Of a DNA stretch of 24,000 nt, positions 21,661 to 24,000 are shown one piece after another. This DNA is from an uncultured cyanobacterium. GTDB lineage: Bacteria > Cyanobacteriota > Cyanobacteriia > Phormidesmidales > Phormidesmidaceae. Position 1 is the first letter of the stretch; each line of letters opens with the position of its first letter. The notes beneath the pieces were generated by a model. That model was not told the DNA's origin and searched no databases. It saw only the letters and a list, made by a program, of their open reading frames with translations. A program made the position numbers and the translations under genes. The stretch lies in NCBI GenBank assembly GCA_963838725.1, contig CAWISM010000021.1, positions 123,742 to 147,741 on the forward strand, written 5' to 3'.

Positions 21661-22740
21661 TCAAGCCCCAATCTGAGGAGCCTGCATAGCCACTCGAACA
21701 GCCTCTCCACTGGCCAAATCCAGCGGAAAGTTGTGAGCATTACGCTCATGCATGACTTCAAAGCCCAGGCTGGCACGATTGACGACATCTGCCCAGCTTG
21801 GCAGCACGCGACCTTGCGAATCTAGAACAGAATGATTGAAGTTAAACCCATTCAGGTTAAAGGCCATCGTACTAATCCCCAGCGCTACAAACCAGATACA
21901 AACCACCGGCCACGCTGCTAAGAAGAAGTGAAGCTGACGGGAATTGTTGAAACTAGCATACTGAAAGATCAATCGACCAAAGTAGCCGTGAGCCGCTAGA
22001 ATGTTGTAAGTCTCTTCTTCTTGGCCAAACTTATAGCCTTCGTTTTGAGACTGTGAGTCGCTAGTTTCTCTGACCAAGCTAGAGGTCACTAATGACCCAT
22101 GCATCGCGCAGAACAAGGAGCCGCCCAGCACCCCTGCAACGCCAAGCATGTGGAAGGGATGCATCAGAATATTATGCTCTGCCTGGAAGACAAACATAAA
22201 ATTGAAAGTACCGCTGATGCCCATCGGCAGACCATCAGAGAAGCTGCCCTGGCCGATTGGGTAGATCAAGAAAACAGAGATAGTCGCCGCGACTGGCGCA
22301 GAATAAGCAATGCAAATCCAAGGACGCATGCCCAGTCGATAGCTCAGCTCCCATTCTCGGCCCAGATAACACAGCAGCGCTGGGATGTAGTGGAAGGCGA
22401 TCATCTGATAAGGCCCCCCGTTATAGAGCCATTCGTCTAAGGTGGCGGCTTCCCAGATTGGATAAAAGTGAAGCCCAATGGCATTAGAGGTAGGAACAAC
22501 AGCAGCCGTAATAATGTTGTTTCCATACAGCAGCGAACCAGAAAGTGGTTCGCGGATGCCGTCGATATCAACAGGCGGTGCCGCGATGAAGGCCGTGACA
22601 AACACAGTGATGGAAACGCCAAGAAGCGGCAGCATCAAGACACCGAACCAGCCGATATATAAGCGGTTCTCGGTGCTAGTTATCCATCGACAGAATTGTT
22701 CCCATCGGTTGATAGTCGGACGTTGAATAAGGGTAGTCAT
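21661..22740 (-). CDS. psbA3: Photosystem II D1 protein, far-red paralog (functional D1, not chlorophyll f synthase)
   Basis: [38 protein letters not shown]. Retains the Mn4CaO5 ligand contexts: D170 ([10 protein letters not shown]), E189 ([11 protein letters not shown]), and H332/E333/H337/D342/A344 ([16 protein letters not shown]), followed by a 16-aa CtpA-type extension. Confidence 0.9.
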   Translation of the reverse strand: MTTLIQRPTINRWEQFCRWITSTENRLYIGWFGVLMLPLLGVSITVFVTAFIAAPPVDIDGIREPLSGSLLYGNNIITAAVVPTSNAIGLHFYPIWEAATLDEWLYNGGPYQMIAFHYIPALLCYLGREWELSYRLGMRPWICIAYSAPVAATISVFLIYPIGQGSFSDGLPMGISGTFNFMFVFQAEHNILMHPFHMLGVAGVLGGSLFCAMHGSLVTSSLVRETSDSQSQNEGYKFGQEEETYNILAAHGYFGRLIFQYASFNNSRQLHFFLAAWPVVCIWFVALGISTMAFNLNGFNFNHSVLDSQGRVLPSWADVVNRASLGFEVMHERNAHNFPLDLASGEAVRVAMQAPQIGA

Positions 22741-22978
22741 GTTTCTACAATACGGTTGTTTACGTGAAGAACCTTATTGCAGCAAAACAAAGTGGAGATG
22801 TCATGAAGAGATGAAAGTTTTCTATTAGAAAAGCAACAAAGATAGCAAGAAAAGCCAGACAAAGGCTGTGAAGCAATTGATTGAAAGCAAATGACGGTTC
22901 TGCTCGAAGTCGTGCCTACCGCGACGCCTATAATGAATGATGTCGAATGGCTAAGGATATAGACACCGCGCACAACCT

Positions 22979-23914
22979 ATGATGACTTCCTTCATTGATT
23001 ATCTACATGCCAGCTGGCAGATGCTGAGTTCGACTGTTTCTAGACTGACGGCTCGGCAGCGCTGGGTGCTGCCGAGCTTGGTGGGAGCCGTGTTTTGGTG
23101 GAGTGCGATCGCCCATCCAGCCGCAGCCTACCAGGTCCAAGTCTTGCCGACCAATCCAGTTCAAGGCAGCACGCTATCAGTCATCGTACAAGGCGATAGT
23201 AGTAGTTCACAGCTGCCAACCGTTACTGTAGACGGTGCTACCTATACCGCTTTTCCGCTATCCGACAATCGCTATCGTGCGCTCATCCCGACTAGCCCCA
23301 ACACAAAATCCGGTCGGATGACGCTGCGAGTAGAAGGCCCTGCCGGGACTAACAATATTGCTGTGGGGATTGGCGATCGCAGCTTCAACACTCAATATAT
23401 CAACCTCTCTCCCGGCCGCGCTGGCCTAGAAGGCACCGACTACGAGTTTGACAGCCTAGATGCGCTTCGCGCCCTGCGCACACCCACCCGCTACTGGAGT
23501 GGTCCTATGGCTAGACCCAGCAATGGCCGAGTCAGCTCTGCGTACGGCAACCAGCGCTACTACAACGGTGTCTTCGCCGAAGGCTACTACCACCGAGGCG
23601 TGGACTATGCGGCTGGCAACGGTGCTCCGATCTACGCGCCTGCCGCTGGCCAAATTGCCCTAGTTGGCCGCGAGTCAGATGGCTTTGTGCTCAACGGCAA
23701 CACGCTGGGTATCGATCACGGACAGGGCGTTGTTAGTGTGATGATTCATCTCTCTGGGTTTGCGGTAAATGAAGGCGATTTTGTGCAGCAGGGTCAGCTA
23801 GTCGGCTACATGGGCGCAACTGGATTCGCGACTGGGCCAAACCTGCACTGGGGACTATTTGTCAATGAGGTGGCCGTCGATCCAGTTCCTTGGCGATATG
23901 ACGGCATCGAGTAG
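22979..23914 (+). CDS. M23 (LytM) family metallopeptidase with N-terminal signal/anchor
   Basis: HRGVDYAAGNGAPIYAPAAG, GIDHGQGVVSVMIHLS, GATGFATGPNLHWGLF (HxxxD and HxH zinc motifs). N-terminal hydrophobic segment VLPSLVGAVFWWSAIAHPAAA. Confidence 0.85.
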   Translation: MMTSFIDYLHASWQMLSSTVSRLTARQRWVLPSLVGAVFWWSAIAHPAAAYQVQVLPTNPVQGSTLSVIVQGDSSSSQLPTVTVDGATYTAFPLSDNRYRALIPTSPNTKSGRMTLRVEGPAGTNNIAVGIGDRSFNTQYINLSPGRAGLEGTDYEFDSLDALRALRTPTRYWSGPMARPSNGRVSSAYGNQRYYNGVFAEGYYHRGVDYAAGNGAPIYAPAAGQIALVGRESDGFVLNGNTLGIDHGQGVVSVMIHLSGFAVNEGDFVQQGQLVGYMGATGFATGPNLHWGLFVNEVAVDPVPWRYDGIE

Positions 23915-23940
23915 GCTCTGGAAATTTCTAGATGACTTTG

Positions 23941-23997
23941 TCTAATCAACACTGAAGTTATCTAATCAACAACTCTGTTTTATGACTCTGTTTTATG
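23941..23997. repeat. Two adjacent direct-repeat pairs at the window edge: tctaatcaaca x2 (20-bp period) and actctgttttatg x2 (tandem)
   Basis: tctaatcaaca at 23941-23951 and 23961-23971. actctgttttatg at 23972-23984 and 23985-23997. The array may continue past base 24000. Confidence 0.9.
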
Positions 23998-24000
23998 ACT

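Noticed and set aside
21661-22740. The psbA paralog as chlorophyll f synthase (ChlF/PsbA4)
   Set aside because: All Mn-cluster ligand contexts (D170, E189, H332, E333, H337, D342, A344) and the C-terminal processing extension are intact. ChlF-type sequences lack them.
9750-23997. Short perfect direct repeats as CRISPR arrays
   Set aside because: Each has only two copies, the units are 8-16 bp, and there are no spacer-sized unique inserts or cas genes.

Overview
Cyanobacterial chromosomal segment: the HIP1 octamer GCGATCGC occurs roughly once per kb by eye, and every recognisable protein is cyanobacterial.

Bases 1-9.7 kb carry ordinary or accessory genes:
- a CapA-family protein with acidic pentapeptide repeats
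- a small XRE-type HTH protein
- a three-gene minus-strand operon (COG0701-type permease, TIGR03943/DUF1980 partner, membrane-anchored PD40/TolB-like protein)
- dapF-surE
- a divergent cyanobacterial hfq
- a DUF421 membrane protein

Bases 9.8-22.7 kb are a compact cluster of 14 divergent second-copy photosynthesis genes:
- psbO-psbF-nblA-psbV on the minus strand; psbF is 44 codons and absent from the ORF track
- a divergent 9.2-kb plus-strand array, apcD5-apcB2-apcD2-apcE2-apcD3-psbD3-psbC2-psbB2-psbH2
- a convergent psbA paralog

Gene content, order and sequence signatures identify this as the photosystem II plus allophycocyanin part of a far-red light photoacclimation (FaRLiP, chlorophyll f/d) cluster. 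The signatures are a Cys-free two-REP ApcE, alpha subunits with a TPSNS motif, one alpha lacking the bilin-binding Cys, and uncoupled psbD/psbC. FaRLiP has been described since 2014, so it is not new as a system. The rfpABC regulators, chlF and the PSI paralogs are not in this window. An M23 peptidase gene closes the window.

Most worth follow-up:
- the non-core passengers: nblA embedded in the operon, an orphan psbF without psbE, and a PsbO paralog with a lipoprotein signal
- an unannotated 55-codon ORF between apcE2 and apcD3
- perfect short tandem and inverted repeats in the intergenic regions that could be regulator sites

No rRNA, tRNA, CRISPR array or transposase was seen. All homology statements come from reading the translations against remembered family consensus sequences, not from database searches.
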